Below, piece after piece: positions 42,123 to 51,472 of a DNA stretch of 64,000 bases. The DNA lies in NCBI GenBank assembly GCA_001792535.1, contig MGGS01000018.1, positions 3,432 to 67,431 on the forward strand, written 5' to 3'. How positions within the stretch are numbered: position 1 is the first letter of the stretch; every line of letters begins with the position of its first letter. The notes below the pieces were generated by a model that saw only the letters and a list, made by a program, of their open reading frames with translations, was not told the origin of the DNA and made no database searches. The DNA is from Candidatus Woesebacteria bacterium RIFCSPHIGHO2_02_FULL_42_20 (GTDB taxonomy: Bacteria; Patescibacteriota; Microgenomatia; UBA8517). Made by a program: the position numbers and the translations under genes.

Positions 42123-43052
42123 ATGAAAAATTCGCTTGAGCCGGTAATCTGCATGAAAAGAGATTTTGAAGCACTCCGATTCATCCTGGATAAAATCAAA
42201 ATCAAAGAACCCGCTTGTGTCTTGACTGTTAGCGGCAACGGGAAGGACATTATTTACGAAACACTGATTAAAAGATTAGAGAAACTAAAAAAAGATACGC
42301 CGCTTCTTAACATTTCAGCGACCACCGAAGAAGAACTAAATAAATTTATAGGCAAGATAAAATCTCAAACATTGCCTCTTATCTCCATTATTAATCTTTC
42401 CATCGGCAAGGACGTCTCATGGTTTTTTGATGATCTCGAAGCCCTAAGAAGAAAAAATGGAACAGCCTTCAACTATATTGTAATCACTTACTTCAAAGAT
42501 GTGGCGAATGCGTACGGACAAAAACATAAGGCTCTCATGAGGTCAATTAAAATCCTTGATAATGTCACTTTTAATGACGCGGAGAAGTTTATCAAAGACT
42601 TATCGAGAAGATTTTCCTACAAGTTAACTGCTGACGAGATCCGTAAAATTTACGGATTGAGCGATGGGCATGTCGGCCTAATCAAGTCACTTTACATGTG
42701 CGTACGAAAGGGCGAACCCTTGGATAAAAAGATTTGGGTAGAGCCATCAATCGAGTCGCGTCTACAAGCAATCCGCGAAGATAAAAAAACTTATTCTTCA
42801 AAAGAAAAAAAAGACTACGTCTTTAGCTCTAAGGAAAGAGTTGTATTCAATGTATTAGAGTTAGGTGTAGGAAAAGTTATTGAAAGAAGCGAAATAGCCG
42901 AAAGAGTTTGGGGAAACAGTTGGGAAGAAAACTATTCGGATTGGGCAATTGATCAAATAATTCACAGACTTAGGGGCAAAATCAGAAAAAATAAATTAGC
43001 CTACAAAATACTTACTAATAAAGGACTCGGGTTTACTCTACTTAAAAAGTAA
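42123..43052 (+). CDS. transcriptional regulator with C-terminal OmpR/PhoB-type winged helix and an N-terminal degenerate P-loop-like domain
   Basis: C-terminus ERVVFNVLELGVGKVIERSEIAERVWGNSWEENYSDWAIDQIIHRLRGKIRK...LTNKGLGFTL is trans_reg_C-like; N-terminus has VSGNGKD instead of a receiver domain. Confidence 0.5.
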   Translation: MKNSLEPVICMKRDFEALRFILDKIKIKEPACVLTVSGNGKDIIYETLIKRLEKLKKDTPLLNISATTEEELNKFIGKIKSQTLPLISIINLSIGKDVSWFFDDLEALRRKNGTAFNYIVITYFKDVANAYGQKHKALMRSIKILDNVTFNDAEKFIKDLSRRFSYKLTADEIRKIYGLSDGHVGLIKSLYMCVRKGEPLDKKIWVEPSIESRLQAIREDKKTYSSKEKKDYVFSSKERVVFNVLELGVGKVIERSEIAERVWGNSWEENYSDWAIDQIIHRLRGKIRKNKLAYKILTNKGLGFTLLKK

Positions 43053-43116
43053 CCTGTCAGGACACGGTCAGGATATTATCAAGCGGAAAATTTCAATCTG
43101 ACCTACAATCCCACAA

Positions 43117-43371
43117 ATGAGAAAGGGGGTGGACAAAAGGCTTTTAAGGGACATCAGAAATGCCATTTCCCAAAAAGCCCTGGACATGAAGGTCAGTACA
43201 ACCTGGTTTAAATATTTATCAAAATCAAAACACGGCTACAAGTTTCTCGTTAATAGACAAAAACAGATAACGACCTTAAGGGAAATACTTGAGTCTGTTT
43301 CTAAAAAACAACCAAATCTTTCAAAAGGCCAAATATCAGAGGCTATTTCAAAAGTAGTAAACAATTTCTAA
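43117..43371 (+). CDS. small basic hypothetical protein
   Basis: 84-aa ORF following the regulator. Confidence 0.3.
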   Translation: MRKGVDKRLLRDIRNAISQKALDMKVSTTWFKYLSKSKHGYKFLVNRQKQITTLREILESVSKKQPNLSKGQISEAISKVVNNF

Positions 43372-43776
43372 CTACTCTTCTGCCTTAGCTTCCTCTTTAG
43401 TTTCTTCTTTGACCGCTTTTTTGGCTGCCTTTACAGGTTTTTCTGCCTTCACTTCGACTGGTTCAACGACTGGTTCAACCGGAGCTGAAACCGGGCTGGC
43501 TGCAGGTGCAACTCCAGAAACTGAACTTTCCTGTGCTCTGGCTTCGCTGACAATTATTTTTCGTCCGCCCATGTCAGAACCGTTAAATTTCTCAATTGCT
43601 GCCTTTGCGGCCTCCTCTGTCTCCATTTCGACAAAGCCAAAGCCCTTGCTTCGGCCTGTGTCTTTGAAAGAAATAACAACCGCGTCCACCACTGTTCCGG
43701 CTTCGGCAAATAACTTCCGCAATTCATCGGAAGTTACAGTGTAAGAAAGATTCCCTACATATAATTTTTTATTCAC
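43372..43776 (-). CDS. RRM-type RNA-binding protein with low-complexity C-terminal tail
   Basis: LYVGNLSY (RNP-2) and KGFGFVEM (RNP-1); GTG start with AAGGAGG SD; ttgaca -35 upstream. Confidence 0.85.
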   Translation of the reverse strand: MNKKLYVGNLSYTVTSDELRKLFAEAGTVVDAVVISFKDTGRSKGFGFVEMETEEAAKAAIEKFNGSDMGGRKIIVSEARAQESSVSGVAPAASPVSAPVEPVVEPVEVKAEKPVKAAKKAVKEETKEEAKAEE

Positions 43777-43850
43777 TGATTATCACCTCCTTAGGTACAA
43801 GAAAAGTCTCCTCGAAGTCTTTTTTTCACGAAGACACGAAAGAAGACGTA

Positions 43851-44432
43851 TCACTTGTCAACATTGCTAGTATAACACACCCATATATTTTCTTGCCAGA
43901 GGCAACAGTAACTGTCGCCGTCCCGGCACAAACGGGACCTGCCTTCCGTGCAAATGGTGTTTTCCTGCCACACTCCGCAGCCGCAGCTATCGGGCGACCA
44001 TTGGCCTGCAATGCATTGATAGACTTTCTCTATTTCGGCGGCGCGTCTGCGTAGTTCCTGATTTTGACCAACCAAAACAGTCATTGTTGTTACCGTTATA
44101 AGCGCAAATACAACCATGGCAGTTGCTTTAAAACCAACAGCAATCCGGGCCATACAGGTATCACAGATGATTGTTTTCTGGTATTTGGGAACAAATTGAG
44201 AGGAACGGCAAATGAGGCAATTGACCGTTTTATAGTCTTCGGTCAAAGGCTTGTTCCTTTTTCGAATCAGCGAATCAAAGGTAAGAATAATTAAAACTAT
44301 TCCGATCTGGACGGAAGCTATGCCCAAAACCATACTCCAAAAAGGGATTTGGAGAGAAAGCAAAAATGCGCCACCCAAAAAGAGAACTACAGATAGTATA
44401 AAAAGGCCGGTGTCCTCAACCAATCTTTTCAC
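43851..44432 (-). CDS. Cys-rich membrane protein, hypothetical
   Basis: Two TM helices plus multiple CxxC pairs. Confidence 0.3.
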   Translation of the reverse strand: MKRLVEDTGLFILSVVLFLGGAFLLSLQIPFWSMVLGIASVQIGIVLIILTFDSLIRKRNKPLTEDYKTVNCLICRSSQFVPKYQKTIICDTCMARIAVGFKATAMVVFALITVTTMTVLVGQNQELRRRAAEIEKVYQCIAGQWSPDSCGCGVWQENTICTEGRSRLCRDGDSYCCLWQENIWVCYTSNVDK

Positions 44433-44490
44433 TATTATAGTTTAGCAAAAAGTCATTGAAAAAGTTTTCGGGGAATGGTTTAATGGAAAT

Positions 44491-44643
44491 ATGACGTTGA
44501 CCAAGCATGATCTAGACCAAATTGATAAACGAATAGACAAACGCTTTCAAAATCATAAAGAAGATCTACTTGAAGAGATTGACGCAAAACTTATAAACTT
44601 AAAAAGTGACATCTTTGACAGAATCGATCCAACAACTCTTTAA
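44491..44643 (+). CDS. small coiled-coil hypothetical protein (50 aa)
   Basis: Hand-translated MTLTKHDLDQIDKRIDKRFQNHKEDLLEEIDAKLINLKSDIFDRIDPTTL; below the track cutoff. Confidence 0.2.
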   Translation: MTLTKHDLDQIDKRIDKRFQNHKEDLLEEIDAKLINLKSDIFDRIDPTTL

Positions 44644-45203
44644 ATTCTTTCCGCAAAAATAAGAAGCCTTTTGTAGTCAGTTCCCACTGGCCAGCAGGTC
44701 TGAAGTATCAGCTGGTCCACCGACAAATCTTCCAAAAAAGACGCCTGGGTTGGAGACACAATCCTGGTTTCAGTCACCCTATAATCCACTTTTTCATTGT
44801 CTCTATAAATCACAACTTCATCGCCTAACTTAAGTCTTCCGAGTAAAAAAAATGCAGTATTATAACTCGTGATGTTCCATGGAACGTCCGAGCTGTGGGC
44901 AAACAAAAACGACGTCCCAGTGTCGCCCGGAAGTGCCGTTCCCTTTGCATGAGCCACACCCGTTTTAAGTTTCTCCAAATACTCCGATTTTTTCCACGGG
45001 TCGACATCGATGACTATCGGAGCATAGGCATTTATTTTTGGAATTTCAATGAAATAACCATGCCGATTAATGTCGTTAACGATATTTACTGGAAATAAAA
45101 AAAGCTTTACAAACGGAAGATAAATATACAAAAGACCAATAATTGACAGTGCCATCAGCAACATACCAAATTTTTGTACCAGTGTAGCGTTACGCTGTAA
45201 CAT
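44640..45203 (-). CDS. sortase-family transpeptidase
   Basis: N-terminal TM; FLFAHSS (His); LILQTCWP (TLxTC-like Cys); RLLIFAE (Arg). Confidence 0.6.
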   Translation of the reverse strand: MLQRNATLVQKFGMLLMALSIIGLLYIYLPFVKLFLFPVNIVNDINRHGYFIEIPKINAYAPIVIDVDPWKKSEYLEKLKTGVAHAKGTALPGDTGTSFLFAHSSDVPWNITSYNTAFFLLGRLKLGDEVVIYRDNEKVDYRVTETRIVSPTQASFLEDLSVDQLILQTCWPVGTDYKRLLIFAERI

Positions 45204-45212
45204 ATTTAGAAA

Positions 45213-45246
45213 TTAAAAAACCCGCTTGGAGCAGGTCTTGCGGGTT
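45213..45246 (-). terminator. rho-independent terminator after the LPXTG surface-protein gene
   Basis: On the minus strand aacccgcaagacctgctccaagcgggtt is followed by ttttttaatttc. Confidence 0.5.
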
Positions 45247-45257
45247 ATTATGCAGCA

Positions 45258-46397
45258 TCAAAAGGAAAACTGCAAAGTCAGAGTCAGATTTGCCGGAGAT
45301 CTCCCGGACCTGAGGCGTAAATATAGTCCCATCAAAAACATTATTACGTTTGCAATTGTGGCCAATAGAAGAGCACTGCTACCCGTGGCCGGCAAAACAA
45401 GACCTCCGACTGCCGCCGCAAGTACGCTCCCGCTCAAAGAGGATCCGCCTCCCGAGGAAGATCCGCCGCCGCTTGTAGTTCCCCCTACCATTCCCCCTCT
45501 GGGGCTTTCCGGCGGGGTAGCAGGATCACCGGGGTCAAAGTCGCAGCAGTCAATGTCAACCAAGTTATGGTTAGCAAAATTACCAATAATCGCACCAATT
45601 AATATATCGCCCGTCTTAATACTTACGTCTCCGCCGTTTCGGTTGGCAACATTGTCACCCGTATTTGCGTAAATGTCTAATCTATTGACAATATCCGAAC
45701 TGTTGGTGACAGATACAATGGTATCAGTCGTAAAGTTGGCAGTAATCAAATTGGCTGATCCGGATCCGTTTCCGTTGATTAAAGCAGACAGCGACAGTCC
45801 GCCGGCAGAAAAATTTACCTTGCTTACGTTAACGGTCGTATTTAATATTTTACCGTCTACTTTGATATTACCGGTCTGGATAGTCACGTTGCCGAAATTA
45901 TTACTTGCGGCATTATTACCAGTATTCGCATTAACATTGACGGTATTTACTATATTTGCTTGCTGATTTACCGTTACGGTATTTGTGCTGCTGTTTTGAA
46001 TATTGACATTATTTATACTTCCTTCGCCATTGCCGGTTACCTTCACATCTGTTGGCTGGGCACAGCAATCTGAAGAATCTACAACGGACGAGTTAACGTC
46101 GTTAACTACAGTTACCCCAACCTGAGAGTTTCCGGTATCAACCAATACGGCTTCTCCATTGTTTGCATTCACGTTGTTCCCGCCGGTATTTGAGTTTGCA
46201 AAAACACCATTATTGACACCGGTATCATTGCTTTGTGTAATACTTGCCGTATTCGCGCTATTGACAGTCACTTCACTCGCAGAACCCGATCCGTTACCCG
46301 AAATAACCAATTCCTCGGCGTGGGCGGCCGAGGAGCTAAAGGCGATTAGTGTAGCGGGCAGTACCATCAGCAAATATTTTTGACCTAGTACTTTCAT
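45258..46397 (-). CDS. LPXTG-anchored Asn/Thr/Gly-rich repeat surface protein
   Basis: Signal peptide; three or more repeats of about 40 aa (ANTGxNxxxxNxGxxVxxxTGD...); C-terminal LPATG + hydrophobic stretch + RLRSGR sorting signal; 4-nt overlap with upstream gene. Confidence 0.6.
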   Translation of the reverse strand: MKVLGQKYLLMVLPATLIAFSSSAAHAEELVISGNGSGSASEVTVNSANTASITQSNDTGVNNGVFANSNTGGNNVNANNGEAVLVDTGNSQVGVTVVNDVNSSVVDSSDCCAQPTDVKVTGNGEGSINNVNIQNSSTNTVTVNQQANIVNTVNVNANTGNNAASNNFGNVTIQTGNIKVDGKILNTTVNVSKVNFSAGGLSLSALINGNGSGSANLITANFTTDTIVSVTNSSDIVNRLDIYANTGDNVANRNGGDVSIKTGDILIGAIIGNFANHNLVDIDCCDFDPGDPATPPESPRGGMVGGTTSGGGSSSGGGSSLSGSVLAAAVGGLVLPATGSSALLLATIANVIMFLMGLYLRLRSGRSPANLTLTLQFSF

Positions 46398-48556
46398 GTT
46401 TTCCAGGGAACCTGCCCACTATTAAATTTAATTGCCACTGTCCGCTTTATTCCCAGATACAGGACAAACAAGAGTATAAACGGAATAGCGAGTGCCAGAT
46501 TAATATTTAATTTGCCCGCTCTGTCGCCTGCTACCAAACTTGCTTCCGGGTTTTCCAAAACCGACGAAGTCATTCCGGAAACATTCCTGTTTTGGTACCC
46601 CCCATTATTGGTCGCAATATGTAAAACATTCTCGCCTGATGCTATTTCATAACTTACTGTCGGGGAAGATGCATTACCGCCGTTTGAACTACCGTTTTGC
46701 GTTTCGGCAACATAGCCTCCGATTTCGTTGCCAGGTGACTCGCTATTTTGGGCTACCACAGGTGTGTTTTCCTTATGCGTGCCGGGAGAAACAAAGTCGC
46801 CGGCCCAACTTCCAAAGACATTTACTACAGTTACAAATAATCTGCCACCACCGGTTATGTTGTTGTTAATAAAGTTTACGAGGTTTGCCACTATATTGGC
46901 ATCGCCTGTCGTCACCGACGAGTTTCCGCCGGTATTTCTCGAGGCAATATTATCACCCGTGTTTGCGACTAAATTAAGATTATTAACAACATTTGCAGTA
47001 TTCGTCTGATTTACTGAATTATTGACCAATTGATCCACCGTCGAATTATTATTCGACTCCGCTCCGTTACCGCTATTTGTCGCGATTATTTGGCCAGCCT
47101 CATCAACTGTAAACCGGAAATCATTGGAACCGGCATAGTTACTGCCCTCTGTCGCGCCTAAAATTTTACCTATCCAGTTGCCGGCTTCGTTCACCAAAAC
47201 TATCCACCAATCGCCGCCAACTATATTAGTATTGACAACATTTAGCACCTGAGCTGTTACCGAAGCATCGCCGGTAGTTACCGAGTTATCTCCGTTCGTG
47301 TTTCTGCTTACATCGTTGTCTCCCGTGTTGGCTATAAAGTTAAGGTTGTTTTGAATATCTGCGGTATTGTTTTGGTTAATTAAATTATTTGTCTCGGAAG
47401 ACGCATTGGCCAAGTTGGTGCTCCCCGTACCGTTTCCGGAGTTCGCCGCAACTAAACCGTTAAAGTACTCCTCCGGCATGATAATGTCGCCAACTAAATC
47501 CCCGAAAACATTTACCACTGAATAAATTACATTTCCTGCTAAGTTATTATTAGCGAGTGTCAAAACGTTAGCTACGACATTGGCATCACCAGTCGTAATC
47601 GATGAGTCCCCGCCCGTGTTTCTCGATGCAGTGTTGTCACCTGAATTGGCAGCTAAGTACAAGTTGTTTTCAATGTCAGCCGTATTAGTCTGGAAAGTCG
47701 CGTCGTTGGTCAAACTGTTTATGCCGGCGGTATTTTGAGAACTGTCTCCATTACCGGAGTTTACGGCTGAACTATTTCCAAAGTTGGCGCAGCCACTGAC
47801 ACAACCGGAGGGAAAATCCAAAACAATGTCCCCCACATGATCATCCACAATGTTAAATTCGGATACCGCAACCCCGTCTATATTGGTGTTCACCGCAGTG
47901 ACAACGGTCGCCGAAGTATTTGCATCCCCAGTAATTATAAGATTGTCGCCACCGACATTTTTGGAAGCAGAATTGTTCCCTGTATTAGTCGTCAAAACCA
48001 AGTCATTGTCGACTGCAGCAACATTGTCCTGTATTGTCTTGCTATCGTTAGTCGTACTAACATTCCCATTGTTTTCGGAATTCGATCCGTTGCCGTCATT
48101 GACCACGCTCACACCGGACCCATTGCCGCTTCCCAATATCAGGCTATTGCTATTTGCATTAGTCAAAACGGCGGCGCTATTTGTTGCGTCCCCGGTATTA
48201 ATAGTCGCCCCGGAGCCAGAATTGCCATCTTGGCCACCAGTACTGTTATCTATAACTCCGGCGCTATTAGTTAAAGGTTGACTGCTTGGAGACGGAGCGG
48301 CCGACGAAACCGGTAACGGGCTGGCCGATGGCGTTGGAGTAGCCTCATTTATCGGACTATTTGACGGCGCAGGCGTAGGTGCCGCGGGTGCGGTCGGCGC
48401 GCTCGGAGGTGTTGGCATGGGCGGAGGCGTAGGTGCCGCGGGTGCGGTCGGCGCGCTCGGAGGTGTCGGTGCACTTTGGGCATAAACCACACCGCCGTTA
48501 CCAAACAGCAAAAACACTATTAACAAGCTCGATACCAATTTTTTAATTTTTATCAT
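46394..48556 (-). CDS. large secreted Asn/Thr/Gly-rich repeat protein (paralogue) with C-terminal TM anchor
   Basis: Signal peptide; duplicated PT-rich linker; at least 5 repeats such as ANSGDNTASRNTGGDSSITTGDANVVANVL; C-terminal hydrophobic anchor. Confidence 0.55.
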   Translation of the reverse strand: MIKIKKLVSSLLIVFLLFGNGGVVYAQSAPTPPSAPTAPAAPTPPPMPTPPSAPTAPAAPTPAPSNSPINEATPTPSASPLPVSSAAPSPSSQPLTNSAGVIDNSTGGQDGNSGSGATINTGDATNSAAVLTNANSNSLILGSGNGSGVSVVNDGNGSNSENNGNVSTTNDSKTIQDNVAAVDNDLVLTTNTGNNSASKNVGGDNLIITGDANTSATVVTAVNTNIDGVAVSEFNIVDDHVGDIVLDFPSGCVSGCANFGNSSAVNSGNGDSSQNTAGINSLTNDATFQTNTADIENNLYLAANSGDNTASRNTGGDSSITTGDANVVANVLTLANNNLAGNVIYSVVNVFGDLVGDIIMPEEYFNGLVAANSGNGTGSTNLANASSETNNLINQNNTADIQNNLNFIANTGDNDVSRNTNGDNSVTTGDASVTAQVLNVVNTNIVGGDWWIVLVNEAGNWIGKILGATEGSNYAGSNDFRFTVDEAGQIIATNSGNGAESNNNSTVDQLVNNSVNQTNTANVVNNLNLVANTGDNIASRNTGGNSSVTTGDANIVANLVNFINNNITGGGRLFVTVVNVFGSWAGDFVSPGTHKENTPVVAQNSESPGNEIGGYVAETQNGSSNGGNASSPTVSYEIASGENVLHIATNNGGYQNRNVSGMTSSVLENPEASLVAGDRAGKLNINLALAIPFILLFVLYLGIKRTVAIKFNSGQVPWKT

Positions 48557-48701
48557 ACTTTAAAAACCAAAATGCCAAGGTCAAGGTTTTAACCTTAAGA
48601 CTTCAATTTTTAATTTTTAATGTTCTTTTGGATTTGTGTTAGGTGTCTTGCCGAAGTGCGGGCAAGACCACCTAACTAAACCCATTTGTTTACCGTTTCG
48701 C

Positions 48702-49997
48702 TTAAGCTAAACCCAAAGCCACCAGCAATGCGTGTAAATCCAGGCTTATGCTTAAGTTCAAGCCACCCATTGGCCAGCCTGACCACTCCCATTCGGGAGC
48801 TGCTCCGTAAACGTTGCTGCCTCCGGAATTCTCGACATCAACCAGAGTTTCCGCGTTACCAGTCAAGACAGACGGGTCACCTTCCGGATCCCCGGTGTTG
48901 CGGTCAGCCCTGTTGCCACCACTTCCTGCGTAGGCGTCAAGATAGTTGCTTACACAATCCTTGTGGTGTCGACCAAATCTCCCAAAGAGCAATTCAAATC
49001 CTTGTGGACCTCTGTAGCCTCCACAGGAATTGTCTTGGAAAACAGTAGTCGTATCATCAAGATAGGCTTTGATCTCGTTTTTGGAGTTATCGCCATTACC
49101 GGCAACTTTTGCAAAGACGTCAAAAAGACATCCGCAATCGACATCGGCCCAGTTGAAGTTGACCATCGTGTCAACTTCTACTCCGGCATGAGCATCACCG
49201 GTGTCGACCAATACGTCTCCACCTGTGTTTCTATTTGCTCTGTTGTCACCGGAATTGGCATTTGCCCAAACGTCGTTTTTAACCCTAGCATCATTAGCTT
49301 GAGTCAATAAAACAGCGTGGTCGAAATCGAGCTTTATCTTGTTATCGCTATCGGCTCCGTTTTCGAGAATCTTGAGGCTAATTGACCCAGTACCACCATT
49401 ACTACTAACTAATGCAGAGTTGCTATTGGCGGCTGTCTCAATATCAACGTCAGTCGATGCTTTTCCAGTCAGAATTTCAACGTCGCCCCCAGTGTTGCGG
49501 TTGGCACGATTTTCTCCTGAAGTGGCATCAGCATTAACTTTGTTGGTTATCTTGGCATCGTTAGTCTGATAGAGATTTGTACTGCTATCGATATCTAGCT
49601 TAGCCTTGTTTTTTGAATCAGCACCATTACCCTCAATCAAAACATCCATATCAGAATTTGCCATGCAACAGTCCACAGTAGCCTCATTGCTATTGGCTAA
49701 GTTTGTTACCTTAACATCGGTTGTAGCATCCCCTGTATCAACAAGAACTGCTCCACCGGTGTTTCTACTTGCCGAGTTTCCACCAGAGCTTGCCGTAGCG
49801 TTTACATTGTTGGATATGGAAGTTTCATTAGTCTGAGTAACCGTGGTGGTTTGATCAACATCTATTTTCGCCTCGTTGTCCGAATCAGAACCATTACCAC
49901 TAATTACCAAAGTAGTTCCAGCAAAGACCGGCATAGCCGTATTAAGTAACAGGCTGACGCCAGCTGCTGCAGAAACTAATACTTTTTTGTAGTTCAT
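48702..49997 (-). CDS. secreted Asn/Thr/Gly/Asp-rich repeat protein (paralogue)
   Basis: Start set at MNYKKVL (SD aaggggg); repeats ASSGGNSASRNTGGAVLVDTGDATTDVKV, ATSGENRANRNTGGDVEILTGKAST, ANSGDNRANRNTGGDVLVDTGDAHAGVEV. Confidence 0.55.
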   Translation of the reverse strand: MNYKKVLVSAAAGVSLLLNTAMPVFAGTTLVISGNGSDSDNEAKIDVDQTTTVTQTNETSISNNVNATASSGGNSASRNTGGAVLVDTGDATTDVKVTNLANSNEATVDCCMANSDMDVLIEGNGADSKNKAKLDIDSSTNLYQTNDAKITNKVNADATSGENRANRNTGGDVEILTGKASTDVDIETAANSNSALVSSNGGTGSISLKILENGADSDNKIKLDFDHAVLLTQANDARVKNDVWANANSGDNRANRNTGGDVLVDTGDAHAGVEVDTMVNFNWADVDCGCLFDVFAKVAGNGDNSKNEIKAYLDDTTTVFQDNSCGGYRGPQGFELLFGRFGRHHKDCVSNYLDAYAGSGGNRADRNTGDPEGDPSVLTGNAETLVDVENSGGSNVYGAAPEWEWSGWPMGGLNLSISLDLHALLVALGLA

Positions 49998-50245
49998 TAT
50001 ATTCTTTTCACCCCCTTTCCAATTGGGACTCTTGCACTTCGTCGCCAATTTCACTAGTCCCCGTTTTCTTTCTCGAAAATAATCGAGAAATGCAAACGGA
50101 GGCTCCCCGATTCTATAACCTTAAAAATAAAATCGGAAAGCCTCCGTTGGCGGTCAGCTAACTTTAATTTTGTAACCTATATATATACTTTAACCAGGTT
50201 TGTTGTCAACACCCAACTTAAAGCTAGTCAGTCTTAAACTATAAC

Positions 50246-50437
50246 TTAACTTTTAAGCCGTGATTTTATACCGTTTGTTTTTTTGATATTTCTGACCGTA
50301 ATTTGAGTCACAGTATTATCCTGGACATAAATTTCCACGCTGCCGAAGCCGTTTACACTCCTTAAGGCACCTTTTAGCTCTTCAAGTAATTCAGGCGATA
50401 CTTTTTGAGTCGAATAGTCGACCATGTTAAAACTCAA
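50246..50437 (-). CDS. small DUF2292/YezD-like protein
   Basis: 63 aa; GFGSVEIYVQDNTVTQITV resembles the YezD family. Confidence 0.3.
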   Translation of the reverse strand: MSFNMVDYSTQKVSPELLEELKGALRSVNGFGSVEIYVQDNTVTQITVRNIKKTNGIKSRLKS

Positions 50438-51053
50438 ACTCGATTACCTCCTTATCCTCTGCAATTTCGCCGATCTGAATTCTAAATTTGGTACGAATGT
50501 CATCAATCGGAAACCCTACTCTGGTTGGCTTTGTCGAAATCGCCTGCACCTCGACCGGGTCGTTATGGATGTCGGGCGCAAACCATTCGTTATTGTCCCC
50601 GACAGCCAACCGCAGATAGTCACGGGTATTTATCTCAATCGCGGAGCTGTGTTCGTTGGTAATTTTGAGATTAATTATGAAAAAAGTCCTGCCTTTAATA
50701 GATGTGGCTTTTTGGCCTTTGACTATTATTTCATCCCGAAGCTCGGCATTCTCAACTAAAAATTTTATTTTACTGATCTCTTTATCTTTAGCGTCTTTAA
50801 GGGAAAACAAAAATTCTTTATTTATTTCTTTATTTGCCTTGGCAGTTGCGACATTGCCGCGCACATCCGAATACTGCACGGCGGGCCTTGAAGTAATGGA
50901 CCGGGCAATCAAAAACAGAAGGAAAAGCACTCCTGCAACAAATAAAATTTTCTTATATTTTTTTGCTTTGTGAATCAATGAGTATTTCATTTGACTAAAA
51001 AAACTGCTTCCAAGCTGAGCAGTTTTACATTCGCGCAATATTAACCCAAACAT
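50427..51053 (-). CDS. membrane-anchored hypothetical protein
   Basis: N-terminal TM with extracytoplasmic domain; overlaps neighbours by a few nt. Confidence 0.3.
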   Translation of the reverse strand: MFGLILRECKTAQLGSSFFSQMKYSLIHKAKKYKKILFVAGVLFLLFLIARSITSRPAVQYSDVRGNVATAKANKEINKEFLFSLKDAKDKEISKIKFLVENAELRDEIIVKGQKATSIKGRTFFIINLKITNEHSSAIEINTRDYLRLAVGDNNEWFAPDIHNDPVEVQAISTKPTRVGFPIDDIRTKFRIQIGEIAEDKEVIEFEF

Positions 51054-51472
51054 TAGACGAATGTCAAGCGAAGGGCACGTTTCCAGATCTTAAGCTTCGG
51101 AATCTCCAGAAAGTGACTATCATGGGTAACCAATACTGATGCTGTTTCAATTGCTTGGGCTGCAATCCAAACGTCGTTTGTTGGAATCGGAGTCCCTTTT
51201 TTATACAATTCGTTAGTTATTCTCCCGTAAATCTTTGCAGTTTCTATAGATATCTTTAAAACGCCCATTCTTTCTTTACCTAAAAACCTCACCAAAATGC
51301 CTACATTCTCACTGAATTTACTTCCCCTCTGAAAACCAGCGTACAATTCTCCAACAGATATTATCGAAAGATATACAAACTCAGAATTATAAATTTCTTT
51401 TGTAACTGATCTATCTCCCTTTATAAAGAAACTGTAAGAATTGGTGTCTAGAAGAATCTGACTCATTTCCAC
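51053..51472 (-). CDS. vapC: PIN-domain toxin (VapC family)
   Basis: ILLDTNSY...LYAGF...VTHDSHF acidic residues of a PIN nuclease; overlaps its antitoxin. Confidence 0.7.
   Translation of the reverse strand: MEMSQILLDTNSYSFFIKGDRSVTKEIYNSEFVYLSIISVGELYAGFQRGSKFSENVGILVRFLGKERMGVLKISIETAKIYGRITNELYKKGTPIPTNDVWIAAQAIETASVLVTHDSHFLEIPKLKIWKRALRLTFV

Noticed and set aside
40745-42250. Longer 501-aa version of the unknown ORF
   Set aside because: The N-terminal 58 codons overlap the divergent regulator gene and look like hydrophobic read-through, so the internal Met at 42076 was preferred.
48378-48470. GC-rich 45-nt tandem duplication as a possible CRISPR or minisatellite
   Set aside because: There are only two copies, they are in frame inside a CDS, and they encode a duplicated Pro/Thr/Ala linker (TPPSAPTAPAAPTP). 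This is ordinary intragenic repeat expansion.
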